Shown here piece by piece: positions 57,401 to 64,000 of a stretch of 64,000 bases of DNA. The stretch is taken from IMG/VR virus record IMGVR_UViG_3300031787_007614, positions 248,001-312,000 of that record; one strand, written 5' to 3'. The position numbers and the translations under genes are program-made. The notes below the pieces were generated by a model, which had not been told where the DNA came from, ran no database searches, and saw only the letters and a list, made by a program, of their open reading frames with translations. Position 1 is the first letter of the stretch; each line of letters begins with the position of its first letter.

Positions 57401-60137
57401 CAAAACAGTAATCAAGTACGACCGTTATCAGTATCAAACATCAGTACAAACTTGGAGTTCTACTGGAATTTACCTCAACGGAACTTTGGTACGTTATGAT
57501 GATCGTGTGTGGAGTGCTGACAGTAGCGACGGAAGTTCAGCTGTGGTTGGCCCTACATTTGATCTTGAAGATTGGGTGGAAGTTGACCCGGGCACATTGA
57601 GTGGTGTAGACCGTACCATGGGCTACTATGTGTCTGGCATTAACTCGCCAGGACTTGAATTGCCTTTGTTGATTGATGGTGTTGACTACCCAGGAGTTCA
57701 AGTGTGGGGTGATTACTTCTTGGGCACAGAAATTGTTGATGCTCAATACGAAAGTGAATTTACAGACATTGAATTAGGGCTACGCAACACAGATGTCAAT
57801 GTAGACGGCGGCGAATTTATTGGGCCTTACGAAGGACATGCGCCAGAAGAATTGGTCAACGGATCAGAGTTTGATACATTGGACATAAGAGTTTATACTC
57901 GACCAGGATCTGACTGGCAAATGGACGGTCATGGATTCCAAATTGGTGTTATCAACTATGTGTACAACCCAGCAACATCTTATATTTTGAGCTGGAGCGG
58001 AGTGGTAGATCATCCAGTGCAAGTACTGGTTAGCAATCAAACGTCAGGGCGTACCATGACATTAGATGTGGATTACTACATCAATTGGGGCAACGAAACT
58101 GTAGAAATTGTTCCTAGCGAAGGATTTGCCACTGATGATGTTGTGAACATTTCAGTATATGAATTAGGTGGCGGCAACCAGTTGTATCGGGACAACTATA
58201 CTGGTGCAGAAATTGGAAATTCAGTGATAATTCCAGTAGACGATGCAGAAATCTACACTGTGGCTATTTTTGTCAACGGCGAATCGTCTGCTGTCCCGTC
58301 TTGGGAACCATACTACGATGCAGATGCCTGGAACATTTTGCAAAGTTATCCAATCAACATGGTGGTTATTAATACCAGTGTTTACTACAGATCAATACAG
58401 GCAGTACCAGAAGGCACTGATATAACTGACACAACGTATTGGGAAGTGTATGTTCCCACATTGTTGACCAAAGTAACTTTGGCCAGTACACCCGGCGATG
58501 CTGACGGTATCGCATTGGTAGCATTTGGAATTCAAACACCAACACAATACTCATGGTCTACTCCACAAGTTCAATATCAAGTGGTTGATGCAACAGTGAT
58601 CAGCACTAGTGGATTTACATTAGATAATTCTGTTGCAGGAACAAATCCTGCCAACATGATTGTAACAGTAAATGGACTGCGCTTGACTCCCCCAGCTGGC
58701 ATTGAGTGGCAGGGAGACGACAGCTCAACCAGTTTTGGCCTGCCACAGAGATTGGGAAGTAGCTTTTTACAATCAACTATTAATGCCATAACAGATATAC
58801 AAGTATACAAAAACAGTGAGTTGCAAGTACAGAGCTTTGGTGCAACAGCTGGTGACTATTCTGTAACCAACTGGGACGGATCTAACACTCCAGGAAGACA
58901 AGTGGTGTTCAATGCTGCGCCAGCGGCTGGTGATACAATTTTAATTTCAGTAAGTACCCTGGCTGATTATAGTCTGGCAGGATCGTTATTGCAACTCAAT
59001 ACAACACCACCATTGGATAGCATAATATCAGTAACCACATTCAATGAAACCACTCAGCAAAGTATTGCCACATTAGTGTTTGTTGGACCAATTGTTGAAG
59101 GTATTACTATTGCAGAACCCTACGACAGCACTGATTTTGATACTGGATCAGTCAGCGGATTGCCAGGATCGTTTGACTACAGCGCAGGTACTGCTATCAG
59201 CAAAAATGATTTTTATCTAGATCGTCCAGGCATTGAAGCAGGCAGACTATGGGTAACATTAGATGGTTATCGTTTGTTTGAAGGTCAAGATTACACTGTG
59301 GTAGACGACTACATAATTTTGGCCAGTGGTGCAATTGGCACATCTCAAATTTTAGCTGTTACAGAATTTACTGAAAGTCTAGTGCCCGAAGCATCCGCAT
59401 TCCGCATATTCCAAGACATGCGTGGAGTTCAAGGAACTTACAGAATTACACCAGCAACCACAACCACGCTAACACAACCTTTGTTGGCTGCTGGCAACAC
59501 AATTCATGTGGCTGATGCAAACGCATGTGCTGAACCCAATTTGCCAGAAGGTATATTTGGTATAATTACCATCGACGGTGAGCGAATCATGTACAGAGAG
59601 CGCAATGTGGGCACACATACCTTGACAGGTCTGCGTCGCGGCACAGCAGGAACAGGTGCAGCCGACCATGAAACTGGCGCAGATGTGTATGACATGAGCC
59701 GCGGCAATTTGTTGGCCGAGCAGTATCAAAACTATGTGGTAAGTGATACCAGTGTTGGCGATGGTTCAACAACAATATTCTATGCCCCAAGTATTGATAT
59801 CAGTGACTTTGGTGATTCCAGCAGCATTTACACAGAAACTATAGAAGTATATGTTGGAGGTGTTCGTCAGTATAACTACAGCGATAGTTCTGTATCAATT
59901 GAGCCCGGGCAATATCGTTGGATTGTAACTGATTTTGAACCGCTAGCAATTGAGTTTATTACTGATTCAAACCCAATTGATCCTATGTTAGCACCTCCTC
60001 CAGGCGTGGAAATAACCATATTGCAACGCCGCGGCTTGGGCTGGTACGGAACCGGAATCAAAGTCAATGACGGTTTGGCCCTGCAAGAAACTGACACACC
60101 GCAGGCAAGGTTCTTGACCGGGCGGAACGGAGCATAA
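45435..60137 (+). CDS. Giant 4900-aa baseplate wedge/structural protein (gp7-position) with FG-GAP-like propeller repeats
   Basis: Continuous ORF coupled to gp6 (TAATG). It has repeated FG.SV…VGAP…G.VYV motifs, EVKPYH and G.GY…P.I.FSGG modules. Confidence 0.85.
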   Translation: MARVRSVDFLPQIFQTDTNKQFLAATLDQLIQEPKFKKTQGFIGRTVGPGVNPNDKYVVEPTKTRSDYQLEPGVVSLDPADTTTIKNTITYPGMLDALEFQGSPTQRPDRLFSSDYYTWDPFINFDTFVNFSQYFWLPNGPNAVDVAATGVPVTDDFEVTRANGVYTFSGISGENPTIEVVRGGSYTFQVAQNSTETVNYRVGNSGISAYTIDFLNNPTLTLARGNTYVFNLNLQGDFPFWIKTEQTLGSANPYNDGVSRNGSNFGLVTFTVPRNAPNTLYYVSGTQTNMRGTLNIVDGTPGTGPGFWIQTEPGVSGKIPTTPNISSRDVFGVTNNGEDLGTVIFNVPTKTAQSFYYNLPVFSQNVDLLTELKFEQINNQPLDTFIETYGGIDGITSLNNRTLIFTNSNTDAESGGWIRTSFFDPLEAGSANNGLIGSFDTEPFSYTAEIAPEDRYQLWQINYVVSDGITYLRLSRIATIDNLNKWTIRYGTVYSSTNWYKDAAGTFRQIPLLTALLNTLYYQDGTDPEIFGTIKLLDETESSTLFIDDILGQKNYTSPNGVSFTNGLKIVFRGDVIPASYSSGTISFVCTSTNAGFNTISTATTEDLYVGQRVVFTGTVIGGLVAGQSYYVQSIVNSFQFTVSSVVDGSAVTLTTATADMNATAINYREYYVAGVGTAIELLPVTNFVTPESYVINDNDSSLPVPEELDYFTIDRASQDLNSWTRSNRWFHIDVINATAAYNNTVATLDNNYRGKRPIIQFQPDIRLFNMGTQGKQPVDIIDQLETDAFSNIQGSTGYSVDGYTFTNGTRVIFAADEDPDVRDKIYVVEFIVPDTVPPLIAQPIINLTLASDGEVLTDQSTLCLSGDTLQGLTFWYDGAAWIEAQQKTGVQQAPLFDVYDADRVSFGNQAKYPSSDFIGSKLFSYAIGDTRILDTVLKIPLQYLSISNVGDIVFDNNLYKDTFVYTRDNVSVTVAISSGSAREYADRTAYTRLIGWQNAITTTQMYQQFKFTYNTGILKLDVPVINQTGNSVPVVKVYVGSVFQDPTKYTYVVSGNNTTITLLNTYVVGDIIEVLVLSDQISAAAFYQVPSNLQNNPLNANSTSFTLGTIRQNYESICENLPGIQGAIAGANNTRDLGNIIPYGLTILQQSAPMTLAGYFLRSEEYNIFNALTYNSREYTKFKSIMLENVTQQEINFQTTAQILDTAIEEINAGKVETQPFYWSDMLPSGAVYTENTYTVSFITSSVFDTVQVYNYTSANYLGLNVYLNDRLLTRDLEYSVATDGPRVTILVTLSVGDQIAIREYTSTYGNFVPNTPTKLGLYRAFRPRITVQQTSTGEQTVLIGHDGSVTKTFDDIRDDVLLEFETRIFNNLKLDGNPVPMVAADVIPGQFRDTGFTYSEVNNILSQDFLSWVAWNKLDYNTQDYQANNEFTWNYSEAQNKLNNDYLLGAWRGIYRYFYDTQQPEYTPWEMLGLSIKPDWWDDTYGPAPYTEGNLVLWDDMEAGYVRDPVAPYYLPKYARPGLTSVIPTGGEGALLSPFDSVVGTWDEGQFRKSWSIGDGGPVEASWWNSSSYPFAVMRLLALTQPAKFFALFADRDLYRYQEEFGQYLYDDRYRLDANGIEIYGNGVSKASYIDWIVDYNRQSGIDSTEDLTADLANLDVRLCYRMASFSDKKYIKLYTEKSSPASTNTSFLIPDESYNLLLYKNQPFDRASYSSVLVQTVPGGYAVFGYSTTQPYFSILQSQSGGQLRTITVLDTRIQVPKSYTNTVVQVPYGFIFDTKTAVVDFLLSLGQYLETQGLTFTNRANGYELDWNQMANEFLYWAAQGWSDDALIALNPLAFRLSVTKEQAVVDSIQAQTSENILLDQNRRELPTRQLNIVRIDNTFSVEPLADQTLSFIDIKYTSYEHMIVLDNASVFGDLIYDPVTGARQNRLNLVSTTSTEWNGAVDAQGFILNQDNVEEWQNYKIYSKGTIVKYKGTYWSAMAIVQPSETFDYNEWVQSDYSQIELGMLPNLANKANQLANSYDINAANLESDNDLLSYGLIGFRPRQYMAALNLDDVSQVNIYRQFLDSKGTILSAELFSQAVLGKETGDYNIYENWAVQRAVYGANANRSYFELRLNRALLDASPSLVQVILPLESSKADQTVLLENVWKESFKLTSPNILPTTTELPTDTALPSAGYVNLDDADITAFDIDDPASLEANINNINVGTSIWVAKVNDYDWNIYRAESVPGTISHVCDNLNNTSRVIFTADHGLVAGNRIIIRFFDTEVDGVYDVLSVVNLNTINIAFRFLSNRTVVNGTGLAFTLKTMRVSQASNVDTLPYANSLLFGAKVWVDDNGDGLWQVIEKQNIFSEVTSIAPEYLDATEAYGSSVSQATNRFAALVGSPRYGFPTSANPKGGVYTYVRSTSDVYQPASPVSSGDALLTLDITGARAYGTSVKFGNKDWAVAGAPLSLGSASQTNNGYACVIYRDTGSYLPDTNPYFNWQLLTTPGSVSADQGRFGYSVAMSLDERWMYVGAPDVNKVYAYGRVDWEDQYFRTVGNGSTKVYLINDYITISAATQLRVTVDGEIQTLNTDYTVNAALNTVTFVSAPVSGSDIIIRRIALQDLDGADYFSVTATGGSGSGALFTVSRRRGTVTVGVQDGGTGYTVGNTLTIPATSFGGGTVPANDITFTVGSVISGEIITISTPSYTPPALATVFSLNEYFYQVALTDSTIYSFQIEVDGVLQRPNIDYTFNTSTKDVTFLNSPASGTSILARAKDYWLYVDTLTAGGLAAGAQFGYSVSCSTDGRQVMIGAPYATADGETEAGVVYVFDRNVQKFIWNNDPSSSSFTVLGTPVAPVSVIVNNQFLTNQNSTTQDASNTFTVNGSTVTVNLASNLQSGDIVEIETNQFELLQIVTQDAVAEFSNFGQSVDLCKYNCSLYVGEPQSSIQIYKGGVVERSLNQSRVYGVITALNASPALTAGNTLRVNNMDVAVPTAPNNTVSGLAAAINAAVPNVTATVTSGLLTLSVTNFDSAPAGNKLQVAPGSIGAAFDSLGFNTFEWTQTIQSPYPVKFAGFGSSISVDDTATTLVVGAPRGTMYLITIFDDYVELFDAGATSFFTTIDQSGAVYTYDLLNSANSSITNPSKFIFGNQIAITSIDYLDQLGVSVDYTSGVLWMGAPGTDFGDSSSSNYGQAHVWQNATRSPAWAPIRIEQPVVDVRLLNSVFLYDRISSATTEFLDFFNPLQGKILGAARQNIDYIGAVDPGSYNVGPVGVRGTTWGAEHVGEIWWDISTVRFIDPNQDDIVYASRRWGQVFPGSSIDVYQWIVSSVPPANYAGPGTPYSISSYTINTVLSRDGNFNTQYFFWVRGITDVATQKNKTLSAATISQYIENPRSTGIAYLAPINSSTVALYNCETLIEAEDTILHIEFDKELTNANVHVEYELIAQGRADGFLSDNLYRKLQDSFCGVDTAGNIVPDINLGPAERYGVQFRPRQSMFVDRFAALKNYIVRANTVLKQYTISESRSFALLNSAEPELPSTTIVNGATVINWNKRIPNLEILTYNFEAPGGDAIGYKYLVVSDSDNRGLWTIYTVEENPNTGNPELVLSRVQNYRTTDYWSYIDWYRPGYNSSIKPVAEVPTYSSLATISVTTGASVKVTANAQGKFEIYLKTDLGFERVGLEDGTIAISAEIYDYALGRFGFDVEVFDAQYFDQEPVIETRKIIQAINEELFVDDLAIERNRSLTLMFDFILSEFAAPEWLVKTSLIDVDHRIRELLPFQNYSRDNQEFVIDYLQEVKPYHVQVREFNLTYFGNDLYQGDLTDFDVPAFYNTTLPVPQYTSPILLPYAHSAAQISNTLSDTESTDQIWTEWPYSQWYNNYLLSVETIVVTFNGTGYTTAPQVTIVGDAVTPAEATALINSAGQVVAINVTNPGSGYQATPAIVFSGGNGTGAQAYANMINRNSADFDAQVYNVNPAVNFDQWEIDTNSNIPLTTVRAFKTVIKYDRYQYQTSVQTWSSTGIYLNGTLVRYDDRVWSADSSDGSSAVVGPTFDLEDWVEVDPGTLSGVDRTMGYYVSGINSPGLELPLLIDGVDYPGVQVWGDYFLGTEIVDAQYESEFTDIELGLRNTDVNVDGGEFIGPYEGHAPEELVNGSEFDTLDIRVYTRPGSDWQMDGHGFQIGVINYVYNPATSYILSWSGVVDHPVQVLVSNQTSGRTMTLDVDYYINWGNETVEIVPSEGFATDDVVNISVYELGGGNQLYRDNYTGAEIGNSVIIPVDDAEIYTVAIFVNGESSAVPSWEPYYDADAWNILQSYPINMVVINTSVYYRSIQAVPEGTDITDTTYWEVYVPTLLTKVTLASTPGDADGIALVAFGIQTPTQYSWSTPQVQYQVVDATVISTSGFTLDNSVAGTNPANMIVTVNGLRLTPPAGIEWQGDDSSTSFGLPQRLGSSFLQSTINAITDIQVYKNSELQVQSFGATAGDYSVTNWDGSNTPGRQVVFNAAPAAGDTILISVSTLADYSLAGSLLQLNTTPPLDSIISVTTFNETTQQSIATLVFVGPIVEGITIAEPYDSTDFDTGSVSGLPGSFDYSAGTAISKNDFYLDRPGIEAGRLWVTLDGYRLFEGQDYTVVDDYIILASGAIGTSQILAVTEFTESLVPEASAFRIFQDMRGVQGTYRITPATTTTLTQPLLAAGNTIHVADANACAEPNLPEGIFGIITIDGERIMYRERNVGTHTLTGLRRGTAGTGAADHETGADVYDMSRGNLLAEQYQNYVVSDTSVGDGSTTIFYAPSIDISDFGDSSSIYTETIEVYVGGVRQYNYSDSSVSIEPGQYRWIVTDFEPLAIEFITDSNPIDPMLAPPPGVEITILQRRGLGWYGTGIKVNDGLALQETDTPQARFLTGRNGA

Positions 60138-60147
60138 ATAATAGACC

Positions 60148-60297
60148 ATGTCAAATACCGAAGTTAATAAACCTCAGAATCCCAAACCCGCTGATCCACA
60201 GCGCCGCCCAAATGAGCAGGGCACTATTTCTGTGCAGGCTCACATGAGGATTTTTGATCCAAAAACCCAAAAAACTTATGTGGAGGGAAGAGCATGA
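60148..60297 (+). CDS. 49-aa small protein (not in ORF track)
   Basis: MSNTEVNKPQ…PNEQGTISVQAHMRIFDPKTQKTYVEGRA; CATAAATA lies 7 nt upstream and the stop overlaps the next gene (ATGA). Confidence 0.7.
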   Translation: MSNTEVNKPQNPKPADPQRRPNEQGTISVQAHMRIFDPKTQKTYVEGRA

Positions 60298-60899
60298 TAG
60301 TACCAGGACTGTGCAAAATTGAAGGATTTGTAAAAATACATGACCCAGTTTCGGGCGAAATTTTACTAGATAAAAAGAACGCAATTCACTACGAAAATAT
60401 ATCCATTGCCATGGCCCAAACACTGAGCAATAGAGGACTGGGTAGAATATACGAAATGGCATTTGGCAACGGCGGCAGCTCTGTAGATCCCACAGGCGTG
60501 ATCACTTACTTGCCCCCAAATACCACAGGACAAAACGCTGATCTTTATAACGAAACATACGCCAAGGTTGTGGACGATAATGATGCAGCAGACACTGACC
60601 CAACCAATAATAAAATGACAGTGCTACACACATCGGGCACAGTGTACACAGATATCTTGGTAACTTGTTTGCTGGACTACGGCGAACCACCAGAACAACA
60701 GGCTTTTGATAATTCTACCAATTTCAATGGTGAATTTGTTTTTGACGAACTGGGACTCAAATCCTGGAATGGATCTGCTGACGATTTAAGATTGATTACA
60801 CATGTGATTTTTCACCCTGTGCAAAAGAGCTTGAACCGTCAAATTCAGATTGACTACACACTGCGGATACAGACGCTGAGCAACATAAACGCTGTATAA
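60294..60899 (+). CDS. Baseplate/tail-fibre attachment protein
   Basis: KNAIH, MAFGNGG, FDELGL and LITHVIFHPVQKS.NR.IQIDYTLRI; position between the wedge and fibre genes. Confidence 0.6.
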   Translation: MIVPGLCKIEGFVKIHDPVSGEILLDKKNAIHYENISIAMAQTLSNRGLGRIYEMAFGNGGSSVDPTGVITYLPPNTTGQNADLYNETYAKVVDDNDAADTDPTNNKMTVLHTSGTVYTDILVTCLLDYGEPPEQQAFDNSTNFNGEFVFDELGLKSWNGSADDLRLITHVIFHPVQKSLNRQIQIDYTLRIQTLSNINAV

Positions 60900-60927
60900 A
60901 TATTCGAACTAGGAACAGGTAACTGAC

Positions 60928-62709
60928 ATGGCATATACAATTACACTAACAGACGGCACAGTTTTTGCAACTATTGCTGATGGTGCAACAAACACCGCAA
61001 GCGCAATGACATTAGTGGGCAAAAACTACGCTGGATACGGTCAATTTTTGGACAATAACTTTGTTCGATTGTTGGAAAATGGATCTAACACTTCGGCGCC
61101 CGCTGCTCCGTTGACCGGACAGTTGTGGTGGGACAAAACCAACAACTTGCTGAAAGTTTACAATGGTTCTGTATTCAAAACTATTAGTGCTGCCACTGCA
61201 AGTTCTAGTGCTCCTGCATCAAACGTCACTGGCGACTTGTGGTATGATACCACTAACCAGCAGCTGAAAGTTTGGACTGGCGCTGCATTTATTGTGGTTG
61301 GCCCAGCATACAGTGCCAGCCAAGGAACGTCAGGTGCAATTCCTGAAACCATTACAGACTCAGTTGGTGGTACAAAATACATTACCAGTTTGTATGTAAA
61401 CAACAACCGTGTGGGTATTGTGTATGATACATCAAGTTTTGTTCCTCAAGCCAGCTTGCAAGCAACATTCCCCACAGTTTATCCTGGCATTACATTAACA
61501 GCTACTAATAGCCCAATTTTTGCTGGTACTGCAAACAATGCCAGCTACCTTAACAGCTTGACCAGTTCACAATTCATGCGCAGTGATACCAATACTTCTA
61601 CCACTGGTATTTTGCGTGTGTTAAACAATTCAGGATTGTTTGTGGGTGCAACCAACGCATTCAGCGTAACACAAAGTTCAAATGATGCACAAATCCGCGG
61701 AGACATTTCAGGCGGCAATTTGATTATTCAAGCCAACGTGGGCGGAACTATCTACAACGTTGCTAGAGCATTAGGAGGCAATGGAACATTTGCAGTGGCC
61801 AATGCTGCCACAGTTGGCACCACACTTGGCGTTACAGGCAACGTCACAGGCGGTAACGTATTAACAGGCGGATTGGTCTCAGCCACAGGCAACGTCACAG
61901 GCGGTAACGTGATTGCAACCACCTTGGTACAAGGTGTCACAGTCAGTGCCAGCGGAAACGTACAAGCTGGCAACTTGCGTACTACTGGCCTGGTGTCGGC
62001 CACTGGTAACATTGATTCAGCTGGTAACATTGCTGGCACTTTCTTCCTTGGTAACGGCAGCCAGCTCACAGGGTTGAGCGCAGCGGTTAGCGTGACCAAG
62101 ATTGTTAACGGATCCACTGAAGCCAACATTGGCGCACCAGGTGGTAACGCCAACATTTCTGTAGGCGGAACAGGAAACGTAGCAGTGTTTACAACTTCTG
62201 GTGCAATTCTTACAGGCCTAACTGTGCCTAGTATTGACAAGTCTGGCACAAACGCTGTAGGCAACATTGGGTCATCTGTGAATTATTTTAACCGTGTGTT
62301 TGCCACAGCTACCACAGCCTTGTACGCTGACGTTGCAGAACGTTTTGAAGCAGACGAGTTACTAGAACCAGGCACTGTGGTTGAACTAGGCGGCACAAAA
62401 GAAATCACTCGAGCACGTAAAGATCTAAGCGAAAATGTGTTTGGTGTGATAAGTACTAGACCAGCTTATACCATGAACGGTGGCGCAGGCGAGGACGATA
62501 CACATCCTCCAGTTGCAATGACTGGGCGTGTACCAGTTCAAGCAATTGGTGTAATACACAAAGGTGATAGATTGGTCAGCGCAGGCAACGGTGTTGCTCG
62601 TGCTGCACAAGCTGGTGAAGCCACAGCCTTCAATGTAATTGGCCGATCACTAGATAACAAACTAGACGCTGGATTGGGTACAATTGAAGCTATTGTGACA
62701 ATAAAATAA
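60928..62709 (+). CDS. Tail fibre with C-terminal intramolecular-chaperone (peptidase G2/S74-like) domain
   Basis: LVGKNYAGYG, GQLWWD and GNVTGGN repeats, then C-terminal YADVAERF…GTVV…GVIS..PAY.MN…VAMTGRVP…KGD.LVS. Confidence 0.8.
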   Translation: MAYTITLTDGTVFATIADGATNTASAMTLVGKNYAGYGQFLDNNFVRLLENGSNTSAPAAPLTGQLWWDKTNNLLKVYNGSVFKTISAATASSSAPASNVTGDLWYDTTNQQLKVWTGAAFIVVGPAYSASQGTSGAIPETITDSVGGTKYITSLYVNNNRVGIVYDTSSFVPQASLQATFPTVYPGITLTATNSPIFAGTANNASYLNSLTSSQFMRSDTNTSTTGILRVLNNSGLFVGATNAFSVTQSSNDAQIRGDISGGNLIIQANVGGTIYNVARALGGNGTFAVANAATVGTTLGVTGNVTGGNVLTGGLVSATGNVTGGNVIATTLVQGVTVSASGNVQAGNLRTTGLVSATGNIDSAGNIAGTFFLGNGSQLTGLSAAVSVTKIVNGSTEANIGAPGGNANISVGGTGNVAVFTTSGAILTGLTVPSIDKSGTNAVGNIGSSVNYFNRVFATATTALYADVAERFEADELLEPGTVVELGGTKEITRARKDLSENVFGVISTRPAYTMNGGAGEDDTHPPVAMTGRVPVQAIGVIHKGDRLVSAGNGVARAAQAGEATAFNVIGRSLDNKLDAGLGTIEAIVTIK

Positions 62710-62721
62710 CGGGATACAAGA

Positions 62722-63672
62722 ATGACATATTCATCAGGCGGCTTAATTCAGGCCACAGATTACAACGGTTTTGTTAGCACCACTGCTGGCGCCAACGTTA
62801 ACGCCACCTGGAACACAACATATGGGCAAACAGCAGTAGGCACAGTGAGTGCTGCTGGCACAGTAACAGCCACACAATGGGCCAGCTTGGTAAACACTAT
62901 CAGCTCGCAGGCCAGCCATCAAGGCACTACAATTACTGCCAGAAGTGCTCCGACCACAGGAACTCTTGTGAGTGTGTTGGCAGCAGTAAACACTGACCTT
63001 ACCAATACCTACAACAATCGATATCAAGCTGTGGCTGTTGGCTCGCAGTTTACTGGCTGGAGTGGTACAAATTCTAAAACAGCAGCCACATCAGGTGCTA
63101 CCTGGACTATTACTTTTACTAATACTGTTACCTTTGCATCATCTGCTGCTGCTCAATATTTTTTCAATGCTGGAGGCTTGGTGAAAATTGACGTGGCCAA
63201 ATCAGCAACAGGACAAACAGGCGATCCAGAATGGAATGACTTGGCCTCAACCCTGTGCGGCGATATTTGGATTTCAGGACTGGCATCAGCTCACTCCATC
63301 GCTGGTACATCATACACTGGTGTAACCAAAATTGGCGGAACTGGTACACCAAATACATTGACCACAGGCAACGGTTGGGATGCCCTAACCGCTGGTGGAG
63401 CTGCCGTGATAGTTTACAAACAATTTGCTGACACAGCACCTTACACTGCAAACTTCATTCAGCACTCGCTTGCTAAAAATGCAGGATCAACTGCATTGAC
63501 TATCACCACGCTTTGGTCAGCATCTGACGGCGACCCAATTTCAGGCGGTACGGCTGCTTCAGGTGCAACACCTGGCACAGCGCCTTGTACCATTGTGACC
63601 TACTATCCACCTAGCACAACATATCTAAGCGCAAGTTGGGGAACCCCTTCAGTCGCCGCAACAACAGCTTAA
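62722..63672 (+). CDS. Thr/Ala/Gly-rich virion structural protein
   Basis: MTYSSGGLIQATDYN, YGQT, V.ATQW and FFNAGG; located in the tail cluster. Confidence 0.65.
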   Translation: MTYSSGGLIQATDYNGFVSTTAGANVNATWNTTYGQTAVGTVSAAGTVTATQWASLVNTISSQASHQGTTITARSAPTTGTLVSVLAAVNTDLTNTYNNRYQAVAVGSQFTGWSGTNSKTAATSGATWTITFTNTVTFASSAAAQYFFNAGGLVKIDVAKSATGQTGDPEWNDLASTLCGDIWISGLASAHSIAGTSYTGVTKIGGTGTPNTLTTGNGWDALTAGGAAVIVYKQFADTAPYTANFIQHSLAKNAGSTALTITTLWSASDGDPISGGTAASGATPGTAPCTIVTYYPPSTTYLSASWGTPSVAATTA

Positions 63673-63676
63673 CCAA

Positions 63677-63710
63677 AAGGGTTGTAAACCCTTGCACTCT
63701 CTGTTATAAT
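63677..63710 (+). promoter_or_regulatory. sigma70-like leaderless promoter with hairpin over the -35
   Basis: TTGTAA-17 nt-TATAAT with an extended TG, 5 nt before ATG 63716; stem AAGGGTT-GTA-AACCCTT. Confidence 0.55.
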
Positions 63711-63715
63711 TCAAT

Positions 63716-64000
63716 ATGGATACTGAAAACTTAATTGCTCATGCACGAGCAAGATTTGATCACGCCACCGCCAAACGTATTCTCCGAGAAAAATACGAAG
63801 CACGGATGATCTTTGCGCACGACGGCGGTATGTGGCGTGCTGGCCCTGAACTCATAAACATCTTGGCCACTGTGCCTCCGGGCAATGCAGTGTTATTGGA
63901 CTTGTATGAAACTCCTGTACAAGTTAGACCCGAAGAATTGCGTGGTATGGCCATGACTCGCTGGCAAGAGCAAATGAATGCTTGGCTTGCAGAACACAAC
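63716..64000 (+). CDS. Hypothetical protein, possibly tail-fibre assembly related; partial, runs off window
   Basis: MDTENLIAHARARFDH…FAHDGGMWRAGPELI…LLDLYETPV, open to the window end. Confidence 0.7.
   Translation, partial: MDTENLIAHARARFDHATAKRILREKYEARMIFAHDGGMWRAGPELINILATVPPGNAVLLDLYETPVQVRPEELRGMAMTRWQEQMNAWLAEHN

Noticed and set aside
1-64000. Stop-codon reassignment, tRNA genes, inteins
   Set aside because: Long intact ORFs in code 11 end in TAA, TGA and TAG. I noticed no tRNA cloverleaf or intein motifs by eye, though a tRNAscan run was not possible.

Overview
Fragment of a large T4-related (myovirus/jumbo-type) dsDNA phage genome in the standard genetic code. The left part (minus strand) holds a >2290-aa Gly/Asn/Thr-repeat fibre that runs off the window and is missing from the ORF track. 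It also holds smaller fibre proteins, two putative glycosyltransferases, the head module (gp23, gp22, gp21, acidic core protein, gp20) and a tape-measure-like protein with an M15-type peptidase domain. The centre has a gp26-like/tail-chaperone gene with an apparent programmed -1 frameshift, coupled to a metabolic operon (DUF1415-like, ATE/Bpt-like GNAT, DUF6614-like, APRT, MTA/SAH nucleosidase). This operon converges on a ~460-nt hairpin-dense non-coding region, which lies downstream of a GIY-YIG nuclease, an SDR, two radical-SAM enzymes, gp46/gp47 and a gp55-like late sigma factor. The right part (plus strand) is the baseplate/tail module, including a 4900-aa wedge protein. A T4-like late promoter (TAA[A/G/C]TA) precedes most structural genes, often 4-7 nt before the ATG. 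The most interesting candidates are the putative large structured RNA after the GIY-YIG gene, the putative virion-glycosylation module, the radical-SAM/MTAN/APRT/aa-tRNA-transferase cassette and the -1 frameshift. All family calls come from recognising motifs by eye; no database search was run.
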